A stretch of DNA of 64,000 nucleotides from Botryllus schlosseri. Taxonomy: Eukaryota. Position 1 is the first letter of the stretch, and every line of letters begins with the position of its first letter. The notes below the pieces were generated by a model, which was given only the letters and a program-made list of their open reading frames with translations, was not told where the DNA came from and ran no database searches. This document shows, piece after piece, positions 25,661 through 39,100 of this stretch. The stretch lies in the NCBI GenBank assembly GCA_051294905.1, contig CM119383.1, positions 6,076,001 through 6,140,000 on the forward strand, in the 5' to 3' direction. The translations under genes were made by a program, and so were the position numbers.

Positions 25661-27000
25661 CAGTGTTGGGATCAAGTCACTACCTTCGAGTCACGAGTCA
25701 TTGCAAATTTTGACTCGAGTCAAGTCAAGTCAATCGATTTTTGAAGATGACTCGAGTCAAGTCAAGTCACTCGTTTTTTGGAGATGACTCGAGTCAAGTC
25801 ACGATTCAAGTCTCAATTCAAGTCAAATTGAAATTTCGAAGTATGAGTGATCATTTAAAGTCATTACATTTTGCTAGATGCGTTAAAGACAGGTTAATTG
25901 GCCGTTTATCTTGAATAAAATAACGAATATAAAATTTAATATACATGCAAAAATGCGTTGTATCGCTCACGCATACGTAGAACTGCTAATAAAATTCGTC
26001 AATAACTGTATATGTTTAGCTACATCAGGGGTATCAAACATACGACCCTGCCAAAATTTTCATCCGGCCCGCGAAGCAATTCTGAGTAACCTTAAAAAAC
26101 TCTTGTATTTTATACAGCACATTTCTCGAATTTGTAGTAACATAACTACTTCTCATAAATATTCCTTCAGGATAGCAAATGTCGAGTATGTTCATAGGCC
26201 ACAATTATTACCACCCGACAGCGCAGTTGTGATTTCTATAGAAATCGTCAGGAGCAAATCGCTGAAATTGACACCCAATTCCGAGGATGCGAAAAAGTCC
26301 ATATATTGAGATAAGAGTTGCTAATATTTTGGCATCATTTGACTGCTGCGGCCCCGCGAGTGAACTGAATGTTTGAATCCGGCCCGTGACGTCAGTTGAG
26401 TTTGACAACTCTGCGCTACGTGCTTCATTCTGTTACTATCAGCCAAAATAGAGGATCGAATACCAAGCCTCGAGAAGTTGAAAGAAATTGATATCGTACA
26501 ATAAACTACTAACCATCTACACATCCGTGAAAATATATACGCATAAACTATATTCGTTCGATTTAAATCATACAAGAGGGTTGGTAAAGTTGGGTGCTGT
26601 GCAATGTCAGGACAGAGCCTTAATAGATTAATCTACTACCATTACGACAGCGCAGGCTGTGATCATTTCGTTTGCGGTCAGTTTATTTGTGATGTAACAA
26701 TGGATGATCATTGAAATGTGCAATCAGTGAACGACTGGTTGCTCTCACAAGTGACACCGGCGTATCGTGAATAATAATCCGAACATGCACAAGATACAGT
26801 GATTTGATCGACACGGTTTACTTGATGACTTGAAATTGACTCGTAAATTTTGCTCCGAGTCACGAGTCAATCTGCATTTTTGAAGCGCCGAGTCAAGTCA
26901 AGTCATTTTTGCAAAGTGACTCGAGTCAAGTCAAGTCATACGAAAAAGTTGACTCGAGTCTGACTCGAGTCAAGTCATGACTCGAGTCATCCCAACACTG
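25661..27000. mobile_element. Non-autonomous hAT element with GACTCGAGTC subterminal arrays
   Basis: Perfect 12-bp TIR CAGTGTTGGGAT; perfect 8-bp TSD ATTTCAAC (25653-25660 / 27001-27008). Confidence 0.93.
26026..26413. mobile_element. Nested Charlie-like hAT MITE
   Basis: Imperfect TIR CAGGGGTATCAAAC / CAGAGTTGTCAAAC (10/14), ATCCGGCCCG subterminal motifs, degenerate TSD AGCTACAT / CGCTACGT. Confidence 0.7.
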
Positions 27001-27040
27001 ATTTCAACTCGATTATATTCGAGCTGAGCAGGGTCATAGC

Positions 27041-27300
27041 CAGCACCGTAACTGCCGCACCCCAAACCCCCCAATTGGGGGGGGGGGGGCGAGCTCGAAG
27101 GGGGCCCAAAATTATTTCGTTAATTAGCATAAATCATAGAGTATTTTTTTTAAATTTATGCAATTTTTTCAAAATTTTTTGCCATTTATCTTTATTATTG
27201 GGTAGTAGCGTAGCCCCCCAGAAGTTAGGTTTATCACCCTATGGGGGACCAAAACCAAAGTTTTTGGGGGGGGGCCTGACGAAGTGCTGTTACGGCCCTG
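27041..27300. mobile_element. hAT MITE
   Basis: TIR CAGCACCGTAAC / CAGGGCCGTAAC (10/12); perfect TSD GTCATAGC (27033-27040 / 27301-27308). Confidence 0.88.
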
Positions 27301-27689
27301 GTCATAGCACACCCGAGTAATTCGGTTTCGAGTCAATCGTTGTGCTAACACTCATTATGTTATGACCTTACGTGGACTACGAAGTATCGAATGCTAGTTG
27401 AATCAAAAATCATTTTCCAATAAACTACAAGATAGCGATCGAGGCAATACCACAGCTACGGTATATCACTACGTTACATAAAGGTATTTCCATCAACATC
27501 ATTTTATTTACATTACGAAATTCATTTTATCATATCAGGACGTAGGAAAAGGACGTAGTTTATTTTTGTCCTGGATTCTTTTTGAGGCATATACACCGAC
27601 TCATGATACACATACACACGATCTGCGCATATGCATACCATGATGTGCATATGCCGCTGGACAAGGAAGTACAGATATAGCCTTTACGG

Positions 27690-27863
27690 CTTCCTTAAGT
27701 CATGCACCACCTCCATGCTATCCCAGTAATGCATGAGCGCCAAGCAGGGAAGCCATGAATACTAGTGTTACTAATCAGGTCTTTAGTCTGACCCGGCCGG
27801 TAATCGAACCCACGACCTACCGATCAAGAAGCCGGACGCTAAACCACTACGCTATCTTTGCGC
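27690..27863 (-). mobile_element. tRNA-derived SINE, second copy
   Basis: Reverse complement GATAGCGTAGTGGTTTAGCGTCCGGCTTCTTGATCGGTAGGTCGTGGGTTCGATTACCGGCCGGGTCAGACTAAAGAC matches the 21436 copy. Confidence 0.75.
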
Positions 27864-27939
27864 TATCAAAACTACACCGCAAGATTGCGATATAATGAAA
27901 AGATAGGAGGGTGCCGAAACGACTTGGAGTAGTCATAAA

Positions 27940-30375
27940 TATCATATGATCGACGGAAAAAATCATCGCTCTGTCAAATGTGTCGGACCTGATTTGTGGA
28001 ATAGTATCCCGCCGGCCATCCGACAGTCGACGAGCATGTCCACATTCAAGTCGAAATACAAGCAATCACCGGTATCACTAAAATACTGGTTCATCCTCAA
28101 GATTATCGGATCACGAGCTGACCTATCGATCTCACCTTCCATGACATGCCACCCTATTTTTTGTCGCTTGCTTTTTTCTATACTATCTTCCTTTACTTTT
28201 CATTCTGTGTGCACTGTGCAAGTGTGCAGTGCATGCCTCCTCTTTACATCGCCTGGCTAGGCCAAGGCGGGTGTCTGATTCCATATACTACTCCAAGCAG
28301 ACATGGGGTGATTGCTTCAAGAATGTAATCGATTGCGATTACGATTACTTCTGATTCACGCAATTACGATTACGATTACAGCAAAATCAGGAAGTAGTCG
28401 ATTACGATTACATTTGAAAAGTAATCATGATTACTCACGATTACATTTACTTTGCTTCTTAGAACTAATTTTCGAAGATACATTGAAGACAATATTAGGA
28501 TTGCGTTGAAAAGGCCTAATGAGATAACAACTTTCTCAATAGATGATGCGCCATTTGCTTGTTACGTCATAAAGTACCCATTGCCCAACTTTGCAGGGGA
28601 CGATTTGTCGCTTCCAAAGATTTGCATTCTTGCCAAGTTCGTAACTGCCGCACCCCAAACTCCCCAATAAGGTGGTGAGTGCGCTTAAAGGGGACTCAAA
28701 ATTATCTGGTAAAACCAACATAAATTATAAAGTAGATTTAGTTAACTGGAAACTTTTTTTCGGGCTTCGCGATTTAAATGTCTCTGGTAGATTGATTTTG
28801 AAATGCATGCCTCTCACCCTCATGAAAAATTATGCATAATTTACAGGAATAAGCATTTCGGTCCCAGGCATTACCGAGCCACGACATACCAAAAGACAAA
28901 TGCAGTTTCGGCCAACATGCGACTCCAAGAAGTGTATTACTAAAGAAAGACCTTGGCGAAAACTTTGAGCATGTGTCCAATGTCAATAGCCGCGCTGGGT
29001 GTGCGTGACTAATGATCCTATCCTTTAAATCCGAGCCCACAATACAAATGCCACCCGGGCCACCCACAGAGGAATAAATAGGCCTACACGGCAATTATTT
29101 GTGCGTGCGTCTCACGAAAGTTTTTCTTCTGGTCATCTACGTTTGGGTGACTGCAATATCTTTTGATGTTATATACAGCAGACCTGCGTTCATGAATTAA
29201 CAACATACAATGAAGTAATTACAACAACATACCAGATGATATCATTATGAATTACGTGCCCCCAGCTCCACTGGTAAATCTAGGACTATCGGGGTCTTAG
29301 ATAGGATTAAAAATGAATAGTAATACAATGCAATTACTTATATTACGGACGTTAATTCAGTCTTCAAATTGAAAATTGACCACCAAATTGGGGCAACTTT
29401 GGAGTGCAGGAAGAATTGCTGTTTTGGTCCTCATTCTAGCAGCAAGCCACGCTAACATGGCATAGAAGCGGATGGCTATGGCGGCAGGTAAAGAATTGCA
29501 AAATAACGATTGCCGCCCGTTTCAAGTATAGAGTCATATGAGAATAAGATAAAGTGAACATAAAATTATGCTTTCTTCTTAATTCAGATACTGCAAGCTG
29601 CCGTTACGATAAACGGCAAAGAATGCTTCTGTTATGATATATATCAGCATCGTGTGGAAATCGTAATGTTAAAATTTCTAATCTTTGCCCGGTGTACCCG
29701 TACAATGTACATAAGTACGTACTATATAGGCCTGCTGCTCGCCAAACACCAAAAGACAAACTGCGTTTAACTAAGCATAACTATTAACCATAAACATCAA
29801 TACATAAGCCACCAGTTGCAACTACGCAGAATGGTGATTATTATCCTGCTGCGAGGTAGTGGCGTCTGGTGTATTGATAACCACATAACCTGATATATCG
29901 CACGCACGCATATATCACGCTACAATGTACCGTCTACTCTACGTCGAATATCTATTCATTATGATTGGATTGTAACGCAATCATGAGCGGAGCTAGTACC
30001 TCTGACGTAATAATGAGCAGTGGCGTTTGTAAATCAGACGTTTGTGCTATCACTAACCTGGTATAATATATTTTCCTTGTTCACGAATGTTGAGGTTATG
30101 TCATAGTCCTTGTACTAATAAAAAGTAATCGCTCTTTCACAAAGAAATCGATTAGATATAGGAAGTAGTCGATTACGATTACGATTACTTCGGAATTTTT
30201 TCGAATGTAATCGATTGCGATTACGATTACTTGAAAATGCTGTAATCGTCGTAATCGATTACGATTACTAATCGCGATTACCCCATGTCTGACTCCAAGT
30301 CGCTTCGACGCCACACCTTCCTTCCTATCTTTTCATTGTATCGAATTTTGTGGTGTAGTGAACTAATAAAAATTG
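27940..30375 (+). mobile_element. LINE 3' fragment (27940-28297 + 30292-30375) split by a hAT insertion; inverted 3'-end piece at 27866-27934
   Basis: Encodes SVKCVGPDLWNSIPPAIRQSTSMSTFKSKYKQ, the typical ORF2 C-terminus of L2/CR1-group LINEs. The 3' UTR motif TACTACTCCAAGTCG is interrupted exactly at ACTCCAAG. Confidence 0.7.
28298..30291. mobile_element. Non-autonomous hAT element with (GATTAC)n subterminal repeats
   Basis: TIR CAGACATGGGGT at both ends; perfect 8-bp TSD ACTCCAAG (28290-28297 / 30292-30299); no transposase ORF. Confidence 0.92.
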
Positions 30376-30399
30376 CTAATAAACCGATGATGATTAATC

Positions 30400-30670
30400 A
30401 GACACTCACCTTGGCCTACTGCATGAGGCCTGCACTGCACACTGGACCATAGAAAGGATAACATAAAAGTGAGCGACAGAATGAATGCTACAATTCGCAA
30501 TCGCAATTTTTGTGGTGTATTGAACTGATAAAAATTGCGAATAAACCGAACTGAACATGTTTCGGTAGGCGACGTCGATATGCCAGGTCGTGGTCCGGTA
30601 AACTTGAGAGCTGATGGCTGGTATCAGTAAAAATTGTTTGTATTTCGATTTGAATAGCTTGAGCATGAGT
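30400..30670 (-). mobile_element. LINE 3' fragment, same family as 23198-23517
   Basis: Encodes MLKLFKSKYKQFLL; shares CCGGACCACGACCTG and CCAAGG..GTGTCTGATT with the other copies. Confidence 0.65.
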
Positions 30671-31418
30671 TAAGATGTAATCAATGTCATGCTGATGCCG
30701 GTATCCCTTCGGGACACCATTTGCGATCTCCCGCTGATCATCATTATCCGCAAATTAGAAAACTAGGGGTGCAGAGAGTGCACACCAATTTTGCATGACG
30801 CTTCACCTTATTATGCCCAACGACTGGCTCAAGGACTCCGGCAAATCCCTGAAAGTTGTCAAAATCGAGATAATGAAATTCTGGCACAAAGTTCTACGCG
30901 CCTGCGCCTCCCCAGTCGCCACGCTTTAGTTGCAATACAGTACCCGCATCGTAATTTTTACCTAGCGTAGCTGTTGTAGTTAGCTTACCGCGGTGCTACC
31001 ATAGCGCCAAATGTGGCGAATCGTGTAAATGCTGTTTTTCTCGCAGTTCACTTCCGAAGAACTACGATTAGTCGATCAGCAAAATTTGCTCTTTCCATGT
31101 TTTTATGAAAGGGGTCGGGCCCGTCGGAGGATTTTTTCGATGTGATTGACGTGGGGGCTGTAGGTTTGAGGTTTTAATAAGAGCAGATTCGAGACTAGAG
31201 AGTCTATCGTATTGAACTATTTATCCGCATTTGTGTACTCATATTCTGAGAAATTACATTCTGTGAGCCTTGACGGGTTATAATTATAGGCCTGTATTTA
31301 CCATTTCGAGTGCCAGTACCCTATCCTAATCTGCTGTGTGTCGTTGCAGGTTAGTTGGGCAATGTATCCTGATTACTAAGTGTTTCTAGCTATTATACTT
31401 TTCATTATCCACCTAACC

Positions 31419-31862
31419 ATGAATATTGTGATGAAGACGTGCACTGTGGCGCGTATACCTTGTGGATATATGCTGCGTATGGGAAGTCTAAAGTCAATAT
31501 CGAGCAGCTGCGGATGTTCGCTCAAGGACAATGCGCCAAAGCAAACTGCAGAAAATTTCAAATTTAGTCACAGTGAGACACATCCATCAAGACTGAATTT
31601 GTTCCAAAATGTGTATAAAGGCCAGCCCACGATACCAAGCAAGCGAAAGATATTTGTCTTGAATCTTATTCGGTTTCTGCTCCCTCTGTCAGTGGTTTAT
31701 GCATTATACTTGGCTTTTACAAGTGATTATGATTTGGAGCAAGAAGAACTTTTGATCCGAACTTTGCCAGGATATGAAGAGGAAATGATGAAAAGTTCAA
31801 AATATAAAGAAAGAATTACCGAACTTCGTTCACAACGAAATTCGTTGTCTGATTCAAAATAG
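31419..31862 (+). CDS. Small single-TM mitochondrial protein, CCSMST1/UQCC4-like (start codon uncertain)
   Basis: Uninterrupted ORF: presequence-like N-terminus, FKFSHSETHPSR motif, hydrophobic FLLPLSVVYALYLAF, acidic DYDLEQEELL..LPGYEEE. The resemblance to CCSMST1 is from memory and needs an HMM check. Confidence 0.5.
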   Translation: MNIVMKTCTVARIPCGYMLRMGSLKSISSSCGCSLKDNAPKQTAENFKFSHSETHPSRLNLFQNVYKGQPTIPSKRKIFVLNLIRFLLPLSVVYALYLAFTSDYDLEQEELLIRTLPGYEEEMMKSSKYKERITELRSQRNSLSDSK

Positions 31863-32050
31863 TCCCATTGTCACAATATTCGTAGGCCTACCATTTGTTA
31901 CACCATTTGTTATTGGTCAATGGCCACATATCACAATTTCACAATGCGACTAAATTTGTATAATGATTCACAGCAAGAAAATTTTTTGTCATGCACAATT
32001 TATTATAGAAAACAACCACCATTTCCAGTGTCGTGCAGTTGATCGTTACC

Positions 32051-32364
32051 TAGGGTTACCATATTTTGGAAATCTGAAAAGAGGACACTTTTCCAGACTT
32101 ATAATACTGGGGTGAAATCCGGGAAATAATAATAAATTTTTCCCTACTTAGTGGTTGGTTGACTAGAATAAAAAATGTCATTTTCCGGCTCCGCTCCAGA
32201 AATCACCTCTCTTTTTGAATTCTCCGTTGATGATTTACTGTGACTCGGTCAAATTTTTACCCTATATTTGAACAAAGTTTTCGAAAAAGAGGACATTTTG
32301 GCAAACTCCAAGGATAACAAAAAACAGGACAAATCCTCTTGTAAGAGGACGTATGGTAACCCTA
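32051..32364. mobile_element. hAT-Blackjack-like MITE
   Basis: Perfect 13-bp TIR TAGGGTTACCATA; TSD TCGTTACC / TCGTTACT (7/8); GAGGACA subterminal motifs. Confidence 0.88.
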
Positions 32365-33172
32365 TCGTTACTATAGGGCTGGTAACAATAATCCGAATCT
32401 AGTATTAAAATTATACCCCCTTTTGCTCAAATAGTTATATCATATGAGTATTATAGTTTATTTCCAACGTAGTCCCTTTGAATTTGAAACCTCCTGGTCG
32501 TATCACAAGATCTAAAACCTGTTGGCTAGTGCAAAGCTGCGCGCCTTGATCGAAATGACATTTCTGTGTAAAGTCATGATAAACCCACAGCCAGATATGG
32601 TCAAATTAATAGAAGATTATCTGTATGTGTAGAACAGGCATTTTTTTTCATTGTTGTCGAATGAAAGTTACGTATATTATGTTATCTTATGATGTACCGG
32701 TAGCGGCGGTAGGTATATAGCGTATGTGTCAGCATCATCAATATGCTCCCATTGGCACTTGGGATGCTATAAGTTCAGGCTGTAAAAGGAAGTGAAGAAT
32801 ACTATTGAAATCTTGCCGAATCTTTTGTGGACTAGGTACTGTCATTATTATTATGTTATGGATATTCATTGTTACAGAGTTAGCAGTCAATTATGGTTGT
32901 TTTATGCACGAGTATGATTGAGTTATGAATCTGGCCAACTAGGTTGTACATGCGTATCATTTGATAATGGATGATTCAATTGGCTGTTTTCATATCATAT
33001 ATTTGGTATTGAGTTATACCTATAGTCAACTCTACCGATAGATCTCGCGACATGTTGCGTCAGCATTTCAAGCAAACTTCATTTCTTCTTTTAGATCAAT
33101 CCTGAAAATACTGTATGTTAGCTTGGAGGATGTAGTTGCAAATAATCAGGATATTGGGAATAGATTTGAAGG

Positions 33173-36100
33173 ATGGATGGGTTATTACAAGCTATACCAA
33201 AGGCTTGCTTAAAAGAAGCTGATGGCGAATGCGTCCCGCACAATGTCAGTGACTGTTTTGGTGCCGTATTGGATTATACTGGAACGTCAACAGATTTAGT
33301 GTCTGATGCAAATACTTTGGAGAAGGCAAAGGAAAAATTGTTGCTGTGGTCAGGTTTGTATCTTAACGTTAGAATCTTAGATCTTAGCTTCTTATTTTAT
33401 GATTTGCTGTGATTGTCTTATTTCAGGTTTAAGAAGTGTTCCCAAGTGTTGGGAAGCTATCCAACCGCTGTTATGTGCGCTGTACTTGCCTAAATGTGAA
33501 AATGGAACGATTTACCGCCCAGACAGGTGATTTATTGTTATCGAATGGGTATCGAACTATTCTGAACCACCTTCCCTATATTCTCTTTAGAACGTTGTGT
33601 CAAGCTATGAAGTCCCCGTGTAAGATTGTGGAAATTGAACATGGTTGGCCTGATTTCATGGTTTGCGATAACGATCAAGTGTATGCTGATAAGTGCCCTG
33701 TAAGTATAATGTTACCGTAACTGTTTTTGTGGTACAGTGACAAAAATTGATGAAAGGCAGTCTAGTATTCACTAATCCAAGTATTGTGTCTGAATGCTAA
33801 CCAATTTCAAATCCATAGTCTGTATTTGGATGACGTTAAGAAGGTCAGTGATATCTCTTGCGATATAACTGATTGTTGCAAATGCCATTGTTTCAATAGC
33901 AGCATAGATTTTTGAATAATATCAGGACATGTTTGACCGTCTTGGCTTTTATCCAGAGATCGGCATATGTAGTCTACTATTAGTACTATCAACATAGTCG
34001 TACCGTATAACTATCATAAGACATCTTCAATATTGCTCATGCAGACAAAGTATACCCACTAGCTATTCACATTGTATACTTTTCTTGAATCAACCTGTTG
34101 GTAGAGCTGATGAAAACTTAACCTGAAACACCGCACATCTATAAATCGGTGCCTTGCCACTCTTTCATAATGTGTTCAATATAGGCTGCACACAGTAGGC
34201 TAACATGATGGCTTATCGATGTTATTAACTTATGACAGACTGCAATTACGAGCACATTCAACAAGTCACAGTGTGAAAAGCCATTGATGGCAACGTCGAA
34301 TCCATCATCGTGGTACGAAGGAGTGGATGGCTGTGGATTACAATGCATGAATCCGCTCTTCAATCAGCAGGAACACGATGACATGCATGTTTTCATCGCT
34401 GTGTGTGCAACCTTAACTGCAATTTGCACACTTTTCGCGATGGTAAGATATTTCCAGAGATTTTTATGGCGTATTTACGGATAACATTTAGTTTGAACCA
34501 TAGTCGATTACTCGGACATCCTTTAGTTATTAATTTTATTTTTTAGCACTATGATTATGGAAGTTATACCACTGCAGTGCAGTAAGGCTGAAAATATTAT
34601 TTCTACGGTACGGCACTTAATTAGTTCCAAACATAATCCTGTCAGAAGTACTTGGCTTCTTCACCATGTGCTTGCCGATACCCCAGATTTAGTTGAATAT
34701 CTATTTTTGTATATCTTATCGCATTTGTAAGAAGTAGATACATCTCATTGCTTAGCGTCAGTGCTATGCATTGTTTATTATTGATGCATCGTGCAACAGA
34801 CAAATTACACCAAATAAATGATGCTAAAAATATTGTATTTTGCGTAATATTTTCATGGTTAAGGTATTTCAAAAATGGAAACATTCTGAGCTGAGAGACC
34901 CCTTTCTTCAATTATTACATTTATGCATTTTAACAATCTGCTATCTACTCAATGGATATTTAAGCTGTTATATGGGGTATTTGTAATAGATATTTGATTT
35001 TGTACTAGTAGTGTAAGCCTAAAATACTTGATACTAAAATACTCAAGAAATCTTTCAGTAGTGTAATGATAGAGGCTTTGTCTTATATTCGCAACCTACT
35101 TTGGATTACCAAACAGTCTCGTTTTGGAAATAGATTTTTTGTTCCTTAGTAGCCTACTACGAGATTCCCAAATCTCTTATTTATGGTTGAGTGCACTAAG
35201 TTTCTATGTAGTCTGCGGTTGTTAAATTTGTTGCTATTCCAGACAAAGATGCATTTCTCCTAAGAGCCAGATATCATCGGCTCCATCGTAGAGTATATCT
35301 TATATCGATGAGGTGGCAATGATTTTAGTAACCTTTGATATTCACACTATGCATAAGCAAATGGTTGATAAATTTTGTGGACCATTTCATTTTCTCGACC
35401 CATTTTCTTTCGCAGTATTTGACAGCACAGGTGAACGCCATATTTCCATTTCAAATAACTTGGACATAAGTATTCCCAGATTAAATAGACAGTTGTTTCA
35501 ATGATCCGTTTCTTGATCCTTTTAAGCTCTCCTTCTTTATCGATTGGAAGAACTCCAGCCGATATCCGGCAAGGATTATATTCTACATCAACGTGTGTTT
35601 CTTCCTGTGCACGTTCGGGTGGCTGGCTCAGTTTTTTCAAGGGTCCCGCGACGAGATCATTTGCCGGAAGGATGGAACCGTCAGGCTGGGAGAACCAGTG
35701 TAAGTGTGTCATTCGGGATTATATGATAAATACACTGCAGGACAATAATTATACGGTATCTAGAAAGTATCATTGTATCAAATTTTTCCCAACTGCGGTC
35801 ACTACTGATCAAATGTGTGACTTTCAATCTCATTTTGTGATTCCAGTTACTCTGTTGTGGGTGGATATTGAATCCTGTACACCTATCTCGTGTGCATTTT
35901 GCATTTCGTGCAAATCATGGAGGAAAACTTGTGAATCTGGAATGTTACAGTTACCATTTAGTCACATTTGTATTACAAAAATGTAGCATTGCAATAGTCA
36001 TTGCGAAACTGCAATAGTCCTATTAGTAGCAAAGTCAAAGTGTCGAGACATCTGTATCTTAAATATTCATATTAACCTTATTATTTCTCATAAAAAGTAG

Positions 36101-39100
36101 TGATTTTAGCTAGGGTACATCCATTGTCTGGTAGTGATGCAATACAGTACCGGTACTGTACTACCTTCTTTTTACTTTCAATATCTCAATTAATTTGAAT
36201 TTTTTCTTGCAATCACGTGCAATTGTAAATATTCATTTACAGGGGCCACGATTCTCATGAGTCACCTTCGTGCGTGATCATCTTTGTGTTTGTGTACTAC
36301 TTTGTTATGGCCGGCGTTGCCTGGTTCGTGGTTCTGTCCTACTCTTGGAAAGTCATGTTTCAAGCGCTCGGAAAATCGCAAGACCCCTTGAAGGATAAGG
36401 TGCGTGTATATAATATAGTATCGGGAGCGCGTTTTTGGTTGGTGCTGTGTTTCAGTTTGTGTTTTATGTTACAGACTCTTCATTTTCATTTGTTTGCATG
36501 GTCGGTTGCCTTTGTTTTGCTTATCGCATCGCTTGCCGTTTCTGAGATTGACGGCGATTCCATGAGCGGTATCTGCTTCATAGGATACAAGAATCATTGG
36601 TTCGTAAACGCTGTTTCTGATGATATTATACAGCTCAAGTGCCTAGTGAAAATTCTATTCATTGTGGAATCGCCAAATACTGTCTTCTAGGTATCGGATG
36701 GGGTTTCTGCTGGTACCGATTGGTCTGATGCTGCTGGTTGGAGGCTACTATCTTTGTGTGGGTCTGCTTTGCTTGCTGAGTTTGAAGGCCGGGCATGACG
36801 GCCTGTTGAGCGATAACGCCGTGTCGAAGATCACGTGGACTATGATTAGGATAGGTGAGTGTTTATCTATGCTGGCCGTTCCATTTCGGATTCTCTATTT
36901 TTTCCAACTGGTATGGTTTTCGTATGGAATTTTGTGTTCAAGTGTTATTTGCAGGGATTTAGGGCAGGCGTAGATAGTAAATTGCTCAAGCTCCGTAGCC
37001 CTCTCTTACCACTGTAATTATCAGGGTCATAACCTTCCGTGTCACGTTTGGAATTTACCATTTGGATGGACAAATGCCTCCATTTTTTCAATCTGACAAA
37101 TATGACCCGCTCCATCTACTCTTATCAAAAATAGCTGGCAACAGCAGATTTTTTGCTTTTCTTCCTCATTTCGTTAGTACAGTATTGAAATCTTTTAACG
37201 CACAAAAATTTGAGACACTGAAGTTTGGATTATCACTGAACCACGAGAGTCGCCTTAATGTAAACACTTGCAGACTCCGCCTTACTTCTACAACACAAAG
37301 TGCACTGATAACACCTTACAAAGTAAATTTTATTGCCACAGCAAAAACTATATCAATGGGTCGGTTGCAGACTTGCAGCTATGGACATGTGACTTCTCTG
37401 ATGTCGAAATCCCCGACCAACAACATTTATTTATTTTGTGAAGGGCTGTTGTTAACTTACGGGAATTCAGACCAAGTACGTCTTATGTAAGACGACTGGC
37501 TCCAGCTCCTTCAAAGCCATAGTTATTTGCTCTTTAATTTTTGTGGATAGACTATGCTCTTGGCTCATGGTACAGTGTTGTATTTCAGGTCTGTTCGCCC
37601 TATGCGCGTTCGTCTTTGTCCTCGTTACGTTCGCGTCGCACGTGTATCAGATCGTGAATCAACCGCTGTGGGACCGTAGCTTCCGCGATTTCATTCGATG
37701 CGACGCCAATATTACCATCCTCGAAAAATTGCATCCTGACATCGAAGATCCCGCTCACAGCAAATGTGTCGTCGAACACAGGCCGAATATAGCCGTCATG
37801 AAGGTGAAATACCTCAGTATTCTGGTAATTTTATGGTGTGAGCAGACAAATTACTTTTTGCTATATATGTTATTTTTATAAGCAGGAAATAGTTTTGAAT
37901 ATATTAACTTTCATACTTAAAACGTCTTGACTTATAAGGTAGTATAGCAGCAGGGTTGTAACCAAGACACAAGGCTCCGAGTCACAAGTCAATCTCACTT
38001 TTATAGTTTTGACTCGAGTCAAGTCGAGTCATTTCAATTCACAACTGAGTCAAGTCCGAGTCCAAGTCAGCGAGCAGAGTGCCGAGTCCTAGTCATGGAA
38101 TTATGACTCGAGTCCAAGTCATTGTGTTGACTGCTCAGTTTCCAGTTGAAGTCTTGGTAAACCCACTTTTTATAACTCTGTTAGGGGATATCGAATGGTT
38201 CGCATTTATAATATACCAATTTTCCTCACTTTTAGCAGTTTATGGTCGCATTTTCAAGTACCAGTACCAACAGACGAAATCCCAATAGTGTGTTGGCTTC
38301 GGAATTACAATGAAATGTCGGTCTGAGTCTCGAGTCAATGACTTGGTTCGAGTCATGCGTAATGACTCGAGTCCAAGTCGAGTCAATACACAGAATGACT
38401 CGAGTCAAGTCATTACGGTATTTTGAATAAATGACTCGAGTCAAGTCGAGTCATCAGAAAATCGTAACTCGAGTCGGACTCGAGTCGAGTCATGACTTGA
38501 GTCATTACAATCCTGTATAGCAGCGTCAAGCATTCCACTGTAGTCTAGGTGATACATTTTCAGTTAGTCGGTAAGAAGTACTTGTACCTTTTCAGAGTAA
38601 GTTTTTTCAAAATCTGCCACTCAACAGTTTTCAGTTTTTAGACAAAACTAGCCCTAGAATACTTTTTTTTCACTTACTTGACAATCTCTACTTGTATTTA
38701 CGATGTTACTTCTACTAAGTATTAACGCCTTGGCTACTTTGACCACCTCTGGATATCGCCGCAATCCTGTAGCGTGGTAATAGTCTTGTGGATTCCGTGA
38801 ATTTCTGTTGGGCGCACGTGGTGTATAAAAAATGCTGTACGCTTGCAGCTTCACTTGTTTGCGATGTTTGGAACCGGCATCGTCATGAGCACCTGGGTTT
38901 ACACGAAAGCCTCGTTTGCAAACTGGAGAAGAGCCTGGTTTAAGTAAGCGTAACATTCGCTCGTTGACGTACCGGTCGAATATCGTTGACTTTCTCGTTA
39001 AGGCTTATCGGCAGAAGCGATGATGAGATGAAGAGAATTCGGCGGAGGAGCAAGATTATCGCGAAAGCTTTCGCTAACAGACATCGTCTGAGATTAGGGA

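Noticed and set aside
25661-25830. CRISPR-like array from repeated GACTCGAGTCAAGTC
   Set aside because: Short irregular motifs at both ends of TIR/TSD-bounded hAT elements; no regular spacers, no cas genes, eukaryotic DNA.
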